Below the pieces are notes generated by a model. The model had not been told where the DNA came from. It ran no database searches and saw nothing but the letters and a program-made list of their open reading frames with translations. 64,000 nucleotides of DNA from Thermoanaerobaculia bacterium (GTDB taxonomy: Bacteria > Acidobacteriota > Thermoanaerobaculia > Multivoradales > Multivoraceae). The DNA is taken from assembly GCA_963664405.1 (NCBI GenBank), contig OY761158.1:768001-832000 (forward strand). Direction: 5' to 3'. Below, piece by piece: positions 42,480 to 52,146 of this stretch. The position numbers and the translations under genes are program-made. Every line of letters begins with the position of its first letter. Positions within the stretch are counted from its first letter, which is position 1.

Positions 42480-43601
42480 ATGAAAAGGCTGCTCCTTACA
42501 GCGCTGCTCGTCTGTACCCTCCCCTCCTGCGCCAAACGCGAAGCGGAGGGCATCGACAGTTTGATGAAGGAGGACGTCTACGGGGGCGCCATCCCCGTAG
42601 AGACCTTGACTCTGGTGCCGCGAACCTTCGAGGATCGCTTCGAGGCCGCCGGCGTCATCGAAGCCGAAGAAGAAGTCACGGTCAGCGCGGAGATCGCACA
42701 TGCTATCTCCAAGATCCACTACGAGATGGGCGACAAGGTCCACCGTGGCGCCCTGCTCGTCAACCTCGACGACAGCGAAGTCCGCGCCCGCATCAGGAAG
42801 ATAGAAGCCCAGCTTGCGCGCACTCACACCCAGCTGACCTGGGCCTTGAAGGACCTCGACCGTCAGGAGCGCCTCTTCGCGACCGAGGTTGCGGCGGAGC
42901 GCGCCTTCGACGAAGCCAAACGGATGGTCGACACCAGCCGGGACGAAGTGGCGGCCGCCGAGGCGGATCTCGAGATCGCTCAGGTCGAGCTCTCCCGCTG
43001 CCAGATCAAGAGCCCCATCTCCGGCACGATCTCGCAGCGTTACGTGGCTTCGGGAGAGTACGTGAGAGAGGGCACGGAGCTCTACGACATCGTGGCCACC
43101 GACCGGGTCAAGTTCGTCTTCTCGCTGGCGGAGCGGGACATCACCGCCGTGAGCCGAGATCAGATCCTTCCTGTACGCATCGACGCCCACGACGAAGAAG
43201 CGTTCTCGGGACCGATTCGTGCGATCTCTCCGGCAGGATCGAAGCAGACCCGCACTTTTCGCGTCGAGATCGAGATCCTCAACGACAACGAAGCTAGACT
43301 CCTGCCTGGCATGTCAGGACGCACCGATGTCGTCCGGCGCAAGTTTGCCGATGTCTTCCTGCTTCCGGAAGAGGCCATTCTGCGCGACGAGGAGGGCAGC
43401 TACGTCTACCTCGCGGCCGACACGGAAGCGAAGAGAGCCGTCGTGACCATCCTCTCGCAGGTCGGTGACAAGGCCGTCGTCGCCAGCTCTCTCGGCGGCA
43501 GCCTCGACTGCATCATCCTCGGTCAGTCGGCAGTCGAGCCTGGATCGACGATCCGGGTCCGCCGCCGACACCAGGACATCCCGGAAGTTCGCTTCGACTG
43601 A
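42480..43601 (+). CDS. RND efflux periplasmic adaptor (membrane fusion protein)
   Basis: Lipobox LPSC, GDKVHRGALL, IKSPISGTI, TRTFRV, LLPGM. Confidence 0.92.
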   Translation: MKRLLLTALLVCTLPSCAKREAEGIDSLMKEDVYGGAIPVETLTLVPRTFEDRFEAAGVIEAEEEVTVSAEIAHAISKIHYEMGDKVHRGALLVNLDDSEVRARIRKIEAQLARTHTQLTWALKDLDRQERLFATEVAAERAFDEAKRMVDTSRDEVAAAEADLEIAQVELSRCQIKSPISGTISQRYVASGEYVREGTELYDIVATDRVKFVFSLAERDITAVSRDQILPVRIDAHDEEAFSGPIRAISPAGSKQTRTFRVEIEILNDNEARLLPGMSGRTDVVRRKFADVFLLPEEAILRDEEGSYVYLAADTEAKRAVVTILSQVGDKAVVASSLGGSLDCIILGQSAVEPGSTIRVRRRHQDIPEVRFD

Positions 43602-43612
43602 GACACTTGGCC

Positions 43613-46600
43613 ATGGCAAGCGCGGCTAGTTTCTCCGTCAAGCGACCGGTCCTGATCAACCTGGTCGTGATTCTGCTGGTCATCGGCGGTGCCGTGAGCT
43701 ATCGCCAGATGGCGCAGGAGCAGTTCCCCGACATCGACAGCGAAAGGGCCCTCATAACGACCGTCATGCCCGGTGCATCCCCCAAAGAGATCGAGCAGCT
43801 CATCACCATCCCGATGGAGGAGGAGCTCGCCAAGATCGACGATATCGACGAGATGCAGTCCACTTCGAGCGACTCGATGTCGACCATCTTGATCTTCTTC
43901 CTACCCGGCGTAGATATCTTCGAGAAGACCACCGAGATCCAGAATCAGATCGAAAAGGTCGAGCGCTTCCCCGAGGAGGCCGAAAACCCCATCGTCGTCG
44001 AGGCCAGGCCCAACTTTCCGGCCATTGCGGTGTCGGTTGTCGGCAGCTCGCCGGAGCCGGAGGTCAAGGCCTTCGTCGATGACTTCGAAGATGAGCTCAA
44101 GAGCCTAGCCGGCGTCGATGAGATCCGAATCGCGGGGGTGCGCGAGCGCGAGATCTGGGTCGAAGTCGACCCTCTGCGACTCCAAGGCTACGGGCTGTCT
44201 CTGAACGACGTGGCGACGGCTCTGGGAAAGCGAAACCTCAACCTCCCCGGCGGTTTGATCCGCATGGATCGGGGCGAGTTCAGCGTGCGCACCGAGGCCG
44301 AGTTTCAGAACGTCGAGCAGATACGCGACACCATTCTGCTCGGCGACCGCGACCAGGGCTACGTCTTCGTTCGCGATGTGGCGGAGGTCAGTGACCGCTG
44401 GGAGGAGCAGAACTCTCTGGCACGCCTCAACGGAGCGCCCGCGGCCACCTTGACCATCACCAAGGGCGAAGGCGTCGACGCCCTCGACCTGGTCAAGCAA
44501 ATCAAGGCGAAGATCGCCGAGTTCGAGCCGCGCCTTCCCGCCGGCAGCCGAATGCGCATCACGGATGACATTTCGATCGAGATTCGGAGCCGCCTCTCGG
44601 GTCTGTACAGCAACATGTTCGTCGGCCTCCTCTTGGTCATCGGATCGTTCACCCTGTTCATCGGTTGGCGCCCGGCCCTGATGGTCGCGGCCGGGATTCC
44701 GGTGGCTTTCCTCACCACCTTCATCCTGCTCCACGCGTGGGGCTCGACCGTCAATATGCTGGTGCTGTTCAGCCTGATTCTGGTCCTGGGCTTGATGGTC
44801 GACGACGCCATCGTCGTCTGCGAGAACGTGTATCGCCACGTCGAGAAGGGCATGCCGCTGCGCCAAGCCGCGATCCACGGCACCGAGCAGATCACCTGGC
44901 CGGTGCTGGCCACCGTGATGACGACCGTCGCAGCGTTTCTCCCTCTTCTGCTCATGACCGGCATTCTCGGCGAGTTCATGAAGACGGTCCCGATCGTGGT
45001 GACACTCGCGCTCCTCGCCTCCCTCCTGGAGGCCTTCTTCATCCTTCCTTGCCACATCTCGGAGTGGGGAGGGCGCCAGGGACGTGTCGCCGCACGTCGA
45101 GAAAAGGCTGCGCGACCGTGGCTGAAGAGCATGGAGCGGGCCTATCGGCGCCTCCTGGGCTTCTTTCTACGCCATCGCTACCGGACCGTCGCCGCTACCC
45201 TTCTGGGTGCCTTTCTCACCCTCAACCTCGCCTACAGCCGGATGGAGTTCGTTCTGCTGGGTGGCCAGGATCTCGAGGCTTTCGCCGTCGCCATCGAAGC
45301 TCCCACCGGTGCCTCGCTGAAGGAGACCGAGCGGATCGTGAAAGAGGTCGAGAGCCAGGCTCTCGCGCTGAGCGAGGAGGCCTCCGATATCGAGAATGTG
45401 CGCTCCGAGGTCGGCTCTGTGGGTCGCCGGGACTTCGAGCGTCAGGTCGGCTCGCATTTTGGAGAGGTCTCGGTGGATCTCAGTCTCCTGCACAACCGCC
45501 AGCAGTCCGGACACGAGGTGAAAGACCTGCTCCGCAGCCGACTTCAAGACGTCGCGGGTGCGCGTACGATGAGCTTCGAAGAGACCCGCACCGGCCCGCC
45601 TGTCGGCGCACCGGTAGCGGTGAATATCAAAGGCGACAATTTCGCCACCCTCAAGACAATCAGCGAGGAGATCAAGGACTTTCTCGCCTCGATTGACGGA
45701 GTCAAGGACATCATCGACAACTTTCCGCTCGGCAAGGATGAGGTGCGACCCGAGCTGGATCTCGAGAAGCTCGCTGCCCTCGGTCTCGACGTGCAGACAG
45801 TCGCCAGCGAGATCCGTGGAGCCTTCGAGGGCATCGAAGCCACCCGCATCTACGATGGCAACGAAGAAGTCGAGGTGATGGTCAAGTTCAACGACGCCCA
45901 CCGGCGCACCGTCTCGGGACTCCAGGAAATGCAGTTCGCGACCCCGAACGGACTGGTGCCGTTCAGCAACATCGGTCGAATGGTTCGTCTGCCTGGCTAC
46001 TCCCAGATCACCCACCACGACCAGAAGAGAACCATCCAGGTCACAGCAGCCGTAGTCGAAGGAGTGGCCAACTCCCGCCGCGTCAACGAAGCCGTGTTCG
46101 CCGAGTTTTCGGATCTCGGCGAGCGCTACCCCGGCTACAACCTCGATCTTGCCGGCGAGTTCGCCGACACCCAAGAGTCGATCGCCTCGATGATCCGCGC
46201 CTTCTCGATCACCCTCATTCTGATCTACGTCATCCTCGGCGGTCTCTTCCAGTCGTTTCTGCAGCCGCTGATCGTGATGTTCGCCGTTCCGCTCGCCTTC
46301 ATGGGAGTGATCATCGGCTTCTTCATCACGGGGCACTCGCTCGGACTGTTCTCGATCATCGGAACCATCGCCCTCGCCGGAATCGTGGTCAACGACTCTC
46401 TTATTCTCATCGACTTCATCAATCGCGAGCGGACGAGAGGTCGCGGCCGCGACCGCTCGGTGCTTCTGGCCGGAGCCGCCCGCCTGCGTCCGATCATTCT
46501 GACCTCGGTCACCACCATCCTCGGGTTGCTGCCGATGTCGATCGGCCTCTTCGGCGTCGACCGCTTTCTACAGCCGATGGCGATGGCGATCGCTTGGGGC

Positions 46601-46768
46601 CTGACCTTCGCGACCGCCCTGACACTGATCGTAGTCCCCTGTGTGTATAGAATCTTCGACGACATCTCGATGCTCGTCATGAAGCGACCCCTGGCGGCCA
46701 ACCTCACACCGGGGCACGATGACGAAGTCGACCCGAGCAGCCGTCTTTTGACGACAGAGGTAGCCTGA
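43613..46768 (+). CDS. RND efflux permease (AcrB/AcrD/AcrF family)
   Basis: PGASPKEIE, GLMVDDAIVVCENV, GIVVNDSLILID, RLRPIILTSVTT. Confidence 0.95.
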   Translation: MASAASFSVKRPVLINLVVILLVIGGAVSYRQMAQEQFPDIDSERALITTVMPGASPKEIEQLITIPMEEELAKIDDIDEMQSTSSDSMSTILIFFLPGVDIFEKTTEIQNQIEKVERFPEEAENPIVVEARPNFPAIAVSVVGSSPEPEVKAFVDDFEDELKSLAGVDEIRIAGVREREIWVEVDPLRLQGYGLSLNDVATALGKRNLNLPGGLIRMDRGEFSVRTEAEFQNVEQIRDTILLGDRDQGYVFVRDVAEVSDRWEEQNSLARLNGAPAATLTITKGEGVDALDLVKQIKAKIAEFEPRLPAGSRMRITDDISIEIRSRLSGLYSNMFVGLLLVIGSFTLFIGWRPALMVAAGIPVAFLTTFILLHAWGSTVNMLVLFSLILVLGLMVDDAIVVCENVYRHVEKGMPLRQAAIHGTEQITWPVLATVMTTVAAFLPLLLMTGILGEFMKTVPIVVTLALLASLLEAFFILPCHISEWGGRQGRVAARREKAARPWLKSMERAYRRLLGFFLRHRYRTVAATLLGAFLTLNLAYSRMEFVLLGGQDLEAFAVAIEAPTGASLKETERIVKEVESQALALSEEASDIENVRSEVGSVGRRDFERQVGSHFGEVSVDLSLLHNRQQSGHEVKDLLRSRLQDVAGARTMSFEETRTGPPVGAPVAVNIKGDNFATLKTISEEIKDFLASIDGVKDIIDNFPLGKDEVRPELDLEKLAALGLDVQTVASEIRGAFEGIEATRIYDGNEEVEVMVKFNDAHRRTVSGLQEMQFATPNGLVPFSNIGRMVRLPGYSQITHHDQKRTIQVTAAVVEGVANSRRVNEAVFAEFSDLGERYPGYNLDLAGEFADTQESIASMIRAFSITLILIYVILGGLFQSFLQPLIVMFAVPLAFMGVIIGFFITGHSLGLFSIIGTIALAGIVVNDSLILIDFINRERTRGRGRDRSVLLAGAARLRPIILTSVTTILGLLPMSIGLFGVDRFLQPMAMAIAWGLTFATALTLIVVPCVYRIFDDISMLVMKRPLAANLTPGHDDEVDPSSRLLTTEVA

Positions 46769-47340
46769 CCAAAGTCCTGACAGTCCTCCTCGCCATAACC
46801 CTGGTCGGTGCCGCTTCGGGAAGTGAGCGAGTCAAGAACCTCGAGATCGTCGATCGAGCGATCGAGTTCCACGGCGGCGACATCTACACCTCCTCGGAGA
46901 CCAGCCTCGATCTCTGTTCGAAGAGCGGCTGCTTCCCCTTCCTCCCCTTCCGCCTAAACGACCCGAGCGTTTACAAGGAAGACCTCGGTCTGGTCCACTG
47001 GGGCGGCCGAGAGCTGCACAAGGTCAAGGTGAGCTTCGAGCCCATGAGCTCCGGCGATGCCACCGACGAATACGCCTATTGGTTCGATCCCGACACGGCC
47101 CAGTTAGTCCTCTTCGCCTACTCTTACGAGGGCAACCCCGGCGGGCTGCGTTTCCGCAAGGCCTTCAACTACCGTCGCGTAGGGGGGATCCTTTTCTTCG
47201 ACCAGGAGAATCTGGGTGTCGACATCGAGGGACTATCGGTCGATCAGATCGACGAGCGCTTCGTCTCGGAGCGGCTCAGGCAAATCTCGACCGTCACCCT
47301 CCAGAATTTTCAGGTGCGGCCACTCGAGGCAAAGGAATAA
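46765..47340 (+). CDS. Exported DUF6503-like protein with a probable CTG start, possibly internally deleted
   Basis: Open frame from CTG at 46765 (overlapping the permease TGA, with AGAGGT upstream): (M)TKVLTVLLAITLVGAASG..IVDRAIEFHGG..FLPFRLNDPSVYKEDLG..DEYAYWFDP..FAYSY..GGLRFR. Confidence 0.6.
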   Translation: MTKVLTVLLAITLVGAASGSERVKNLEIVDRAIEFHGGDIYTSSETSLDLCSKSGCFPFLPFRLNDPSVYKEDLGLVHWGGRELHKVKVSFEPMSSGDATDEYAYWFDPDTAQLVLFAYSYEGNPGGLRFRKAFNYRRVGGILFFDQENLGVDIEGLSVDQIDERFVSERLRQISTVTLQNFQVRPLEAKE

Positions 47341-47856
47341 GAGCCTCTTCGAGAGGCAGTCCCTTACCAAAAAAGAACCCCTGCGCGTAGTCCACGCCCG
47401 CATCTCGCAGGGACGCCAGCGTCGCCGCGTCTTCGACGAACTCAGCGATGGTCTCCTTGTCGAGAGCCGCGGCGACTTCGACGATAGCCTTGACCAGCGC
47501 CCGGTCCGCCTGATCCAAGGCGAGGCCCCGGACGAAATTGCCGTCGATCTTGAGCAACTCAACTGGCAGCTGTTTCAACCGATAGAGAGACGAGAAACCG
47601 ACGCCGAAGTCGTCGAGCGCGAATCGACAGCCCATCGCGTTCAAGGCGGACATGAAGTCGATGGCAAGGCCCAGATCAGAGATCGCAGCGCTCTCGGTGA
47701 TCTCGAAGATCAAGCGCGAGGCATCGAGCCGATGGTGCACAACGGCGTCTTTGACCAGCTCAACGATCTCTTGCTGGCCGATCGATCGGCCCGACAAATT
47801 GACACCGAGCACCGACGTCGGAGGCAGCTCCGCCCCACAGAGATGCTCCAAGACAT
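47294..47856 (-). pseudogene. C-terminal half of the EAL domain of an IS-disrupted diguanylate cyclase/phosphodiesterase
   Basis: VNLSG, FEITES, ALDDFGVGFSSL, LKIDG, IAEFVE, YAQGF. Rejoins in frame with 49801-51310. Confidence 0.92.
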
Positions 47857-47903
47857 GGCGGATTCAACTGGTCGTCGCAACATCTCGTGATGGAGGTGTT
47901 TCG

Positions 47904-49301
47904 ATGGGAGTTGGCAAGTGTCAGGGTGCGATTCGAGCGATGCGTGGCCAGATGCGGTCACCTGGCCGGCCCTCGACAGCGCGGCGCGAGGACCGGATCC
48001 GGTTCTGGGAGACGATCGCTCGTGGGGCGTCCAGCGAGGACGCCGCAACAGAGGCTGGGGTGTCGCCGGCTGTCGGGTCGAGATGGTTCAGGCAAGCTGG
48101 TGGAATGCGACCTATCTCGTTGGCTCCGGTGTCGGGGCGTTATCTGTCGTTCGCCGAGCGTGAAGAGATCGCCATCCTTCACGCTCAGCATGTTGGGGTA
48201 CGTGAGATCGCTCGCCGCCTGGGTCGTTCACCGTCGACGATTTCGCGGGAGCTGCGCCGCAACGCGGCGACTCGCAGCCGTGCCGTAACTTATCGGGCCA
48301 CGACTGCGCAGTGGCACGCGGAGCGGCGCGCCAGCCGTCCGAAGGTCTCCAAGCTTGCCGCGAACGATGCCTTGCGTGAGTACGTGCAGAACCGCCTCGC
48401 CGGCGTGATCGCAAGGCCTGACGGGGAGCTGGTGCCGGGTCCGGATGTGCGTTGGATCGGCCGTCGGCACGGCCGTCGCCAGGATCGGCGTTGGGCGAAA
48501 TCCTGGAGTCCGGAGCAGATCTCGAACCGGCTTCGGATTGATTTCCCCCATAATGAGTCGATGCGGATCTCTCACGAGGCGATCTACCAAGCGCTCTACA
48601 TCCAAGGTCGAGGAGCCCTCAAACGCGAGCTCGTCGCGTGCCTGCGAACCGGGCGAGCGCTACGAGTGCCGCATGCGCGAACCCGGGGGAGAGGCAAGAA
48701 ATTTGTAACTCCGGAGATCATGATCAGCGAACGCCCCGCCGAAGCCGGCGACAGGGCCGTGCCGGGTCACTGGGAAGGCGACCTGATCGTCGGGCTCGAG
48801 AGCTCAGCGATCGGGACCCTCGTCGAACGCACTACGCGGTTCACGATGCTGCTGCACCTGCCCCGCATGGAAGGGCACGGGACCGAATCGAGGGTGAAGA
48901 ACGGGCCGGCCCTCGCCGGGCACGGCGCCGAAGCCGTCCGTGACGCGATCGCGGTGTCAATCACCACGCTGCCCGAGCAGCTCCGCCGGTCCTTGACCTG
49001 GGACCAGGGCGCCGAGATGGCTCAACACGCTCAACTCCGCGTCGATACCGGCCTCGCGATCTACTTCTGCGACCCGCACAGCCCCTGGCAGCGGGGCACC
49101 AACGAGAACACCAACGGACTACTACGCCAGTACTTCCCGAAGGGCACCGACCTTGTCAGATACTCCTGCGACGACCTCGCCGCGGTCGCGCTCGCACTCA
49201 ACGGCCGACCCCGCAAGACCCTCGGCTGGAGAACCCCTGCCGAAGTCTTCGATGAGCTTGTACACTCTGCTCACCAAGGCAACGCTGCGACGACTCCTTG
49301 A
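47904..49301 (+). CDS. IS30-family transposase
   Basis: RYLSFAEREEI, GRSPSTISRELRRN, WSPEQI, GHWEGDLI, SLTWDQGAEMA, PWQRGTNENTNGLLRQYFPKG. Confidence 0.95.
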   Translation: MGVGKCQGAIRAMRGQMRSPGRPSTARREDRIRFWETIARGASSEDAATEAGVSPAVGSRWFRQAGGMRPISLAPVSGRYLSFAEREEIAILHAQHVGVREIARRLGRSPSTISRELRRNAATRSRAVTYRATTAQWHAERRASRPKVSKLAANDALREYVQNRLAGVIARPDGELVPGPDVRWIGRRHGRRQDRRWAKSWSPEQISNRLRIDFPHNESMRISHEAIYQALYIQGRGALKRELVACLRTGRALRVPHARTRGRGKKFVTPEIMISERPAEAGDRAVPGHWEGDLIVGLESSAIGTLVERTTRFTMLLHLPRMEGHGTESRVKNGPALAGHGAEAVRDAIAVSITTLPEQLRRSLTWDQGAEMAQHAQLRVDTGLAIYFCDPHSPWQRGTNENTNGLLRQYFPKGTDLVRYSCDDLAAVALALNGRPRKTLGWRTPAEVFDELVHSAHQGNAATTP

Positions 49302-49308
49302 ACCCAAG

Positions 49309-49722
49309 CAGTACGCCTCGAAGGCTTACCAGGATCGGCTGGCTGAGCTGCGGTTTCGCTGCAGCATGTCCGGCGTCGGAAATTGTTATGACAATGCGGT
49401 CTTGGAGAGCTTCTTCGACAGTCTCAAGACCGAGGTCTGGGACCGACCCTTCGAGACTCGTCAGCGAGCTCACGACGAAGCGGTTTCTTACCTCGAAGTG
49501 TTCTACAACCTGAGACGCCAGCATTCGACGCTCGGATTCCTGAGCCCCGAGGCCTTCGAAGGGGCAGCGTGAACTCACGCGCGACCGGCGGTCGGATCCG
49601 AAGGGAGGCTGCGCTCCCCGAACCTCGCACAGCCTCGTCCGAAGCTGACTACCCGAACTGATGCAGAATAGGAACTGCCCCGATGGGGCTTAACTTGGTG
49701 TCCACGAAACCGTGACCGCTCA
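49309..49722 (+). pseudogene. IS3-family remnant (transposase C-terminus and right IR)
   Basis: QYAS..SMSGVGNCYDNAVLESFFDSLKTE..FYNLRRQHSTLGFLSP with a stop at 49572; IR GTGTCCACGAAACCGTGACCGCTCA at 49698-49722. Confidence 0.9.
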
Positions 49723-49800
49723 GAACCCCTGCCGAAGTCTTCGATGAGTTTGTACACTCTGCTCACCAAGGCAACGTTGCGACGACCCCTTGAACCCAAG

Positions 49801-51310
49801 CATGCTCCACAACCCAGAAATCGATGTCACGAATGGATCCGAAGCGCTCGGCAAGATCGAGGAAGCTCGCCGCCGGCAAAATCTGGCCGTCGGCGGCGCG
49901 GAGGCGAAGAAGGATTTCATGGAAGAAAAGAGTTCCGTCGTTGACGCTGTAAACCGGCTGTGCGAAAAGCTCGAAGTCCCTGCGGTCGAGAGCCCCCCGT
50001 ACCCGATTCAGCAGCTGCGCGCTCACCTCCTCACTCGCCGCGCCGCCGCTCTCTTCACTAGCGAAGACCGCGAAGCGGTTACGGCCGAGCTCCTTCGCTC
50101 GATACATGGAGAGGTCGGCATGAGCCAAGACATGCTCACAAGAAGTCCCGTGGTCGGGATACAGAGCGACGCCGATGCTGGCGGTAGTCGAGGCGCGCTC
50201 GTCGCCGGTGGCTGCGTAGAGTCGGATCATCGCCAGCAGCCCTCCGGCCACCTCTTCGAAGGAATCCGGACGCGGGCCTTGGAGCAGAACCGCGAACTCG
50301 TCCCCACCGATCCGCGCCACGACGTCCGACTCACGAAAGCGTCGCCGCAACAGCTCACCGAAGCCGGCCAGGTAGGTATCGCCGACCTTGTGTCCAAAGC
50401 GATCGTTCACATCCTTGAAACCATCGAGGTCGATAACGAGGACCGCGCCGCTGGTCCCGTAACGCACCGACTCAGCCAGACTCTTTTCCAGCTGACCCTC
50501 GAAGAAACTTCTGTTGTAGAGGCGTGTCAATGAGTCGTGGGTGGCTCGGTGAGCAAGCTGCTGTTCGCGACGGCGACGATCTGTAATTTCACGAGCGATC
50601 CCTTCGAAGCCCACCACCTGCCCCGCCTCGATGACCAGCTGCACGTTCTGGCCCACCCAGACTTCGTTGCCTCCGCTGGTCGAGACCGGGACTTCGAGAT
50701 AGGTACTCGCGACCCGATCCCGGAGCTGCTGAAAGTAGAAACGACGCACCTCAAAGCGACTGGTCGCGGGTACCAGATCGACGTAGCGACGGTTCAGGAG
50801 CTCTTCGACTGACCATCCCAGGAGATCGGCCGCGGCGGGACTGACATACCTGAGGCCACCTACGGCATCGACCCTAAAAACGATATCAGCGGAGTGTTCT
50901 ACCAAATGCCGCAGACGTCGATTCTCGAAGCGCTCGCGCCTGACCACTTCGAGGCTGTCGTCCTCGAGTGGTGGGTGCAAGACCAGGAGTGCACGACCTG
51001 TCTCCTCAGCTTCCTCTATTGCTGCTAACACCTCGACAACAACGCAGCGCCCGTCTATCGACCGCAGCTCGACCTCTCGCCCCTCGAGATCAGAGAGAGG
51101 GGCGCTGCTCGAGATCAGGGGATCGACACCGGAGCCCTCCGCGAAGAGGTCTCGCAGCGGCATTCCCGCCAGGCTGTTCTGCTCGTCGGCACCGACGAGT
51201 CTAAGCAGGGGCGGGCTGAGCTCGATGACCACGGGCCGTGGCTGTAGAGAAAAGCGCAGCACGCACAGCGAGCTCCACAGATCTCCCAACAACGGACGAG
51301 CCAGCGTCAC
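49801..51310 (-). pseudogene. PAS-GGDEF-EAL protein, N-terminal part (disrupted by the IS)
   Basis: PAS domain (RYVSPA), HDSLTRLYNR, IDLDGFK, RIGGDEF, HEILLR. Confidence 0.92.
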
Positions 51311-51392
51311 AAGTCACAACCTCTCTCCCAACGGAGCCAAGTGAAGAACAGAAAGCGCGACTGTAGCAGAGCTGCACTGGGAAAGGGGGCGG

Positions 51393-52052
51393 TCAGCGGT
51401 CGATCCCGAGCGCAGAAAGGTCTGCCACGACGGCGTCGTGAAAGTTCTCTATCGCCTCTCGCTGACGGCGATTCAGTTTCAGACGCTCGGCGCTGCTGCG
51501 GTCGCTCAGGTACTCGAGGTCGAAGGCCTGTAGCTTCTGGATGACCGCGGTCGCCTGTCGGCGCATCTCCGCCTGCCCCTCCAGGGCCGAGCGAAGACTG
51601 CCTTCTAGAGTGTCGTTGATCGCAGCTGTTTGAGTGCCGATGGAATCGGTGCGAGCCTCGAGACCATCGAGCTTGCTCTGGGCGATCTCGAGCTCGAGAA
51701 GCACCGCATCGTTCTCCTCCCGGAGAACTTGGAAACCTCTACCGAGAAGGTCGCTCACCTCATCCAGCTGCTCCTCCACCACGTCGCGCGCCTCCTCGGG
51801 CACGAGCTCGAGGATCTCCTGACGATCGTCCCGAAACTCCTCGAGAGTCCGTGGAATGACCTCCGCGACCACCTGCTCAATGTTCTGCCACTGCCGGACC
51901 TCGCTGTCATAGCGTTCCTCGCATGAAACGGTCGCTCCCTGCGCAGCCATCTTGTCGGTGCGGCACTCCTCCAGCAACGCCTCAATCTCGGCCAGCTCCG
52001 AGCGGGAAGCACAACCGCCAATGAGAACAAGCACAATCAAAGATCGGACCAT
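51393..52052 (-). CDS. Hypothetical coiled-coil lipoprotein
   Basis: MVRSLIVLVLIGGC lipobox, GGAGG RBS, acidic helical composition. Confidence 0.7.
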   Translation of the reverse strand: MVRSLIVLVLIGGCASRSELAEIEALLEECRTDKMAAQGATVSCEERYDSEVRQWQNIEQVVAEVIPRTLEEFRDDRQEILELVPEEARDVVEEQLDEVSDLLGRGFQVLREENDAVLLELEIAQSKLDGLEARTDSIGTQTAAINDTLEGSLRSALEGQAEMRRQATAVIQKLQAFDLEYLSDRSSAERLKLNRRQREAIENFHDAVVADLSALGIDR

Positions 52053-52146
52053 AGAGTCACCTCCGCAACAAGCATAACTGAGGAAGACACGGGTGCCGTC
52101 GACCTGGCGGGAGGCCTATACTCCTGCTAGCCTGCCCTCTTTGCCC

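Larger units (their letters stand above)
47857..49800 (+). mobile_element. IS30-family composite: IS30, an IS3 3' fragment and a second IS30 right end
   Basis: Left end GGCGGATTCAACTGGTCGTCGCAAC; right ends ..GCGACGAC.CCTTGAACCCAAG at 49308 and 49800; 3-bp duplication CAT at 47854-47856 and 49801-49803. Confidence 0.88.

Noticed and set aside
47652-47903. Extended start of the IS30 transposase ORF
   Set aside because: Most of it lies outside the IS left end (47857), antisense to the EAL fragment.
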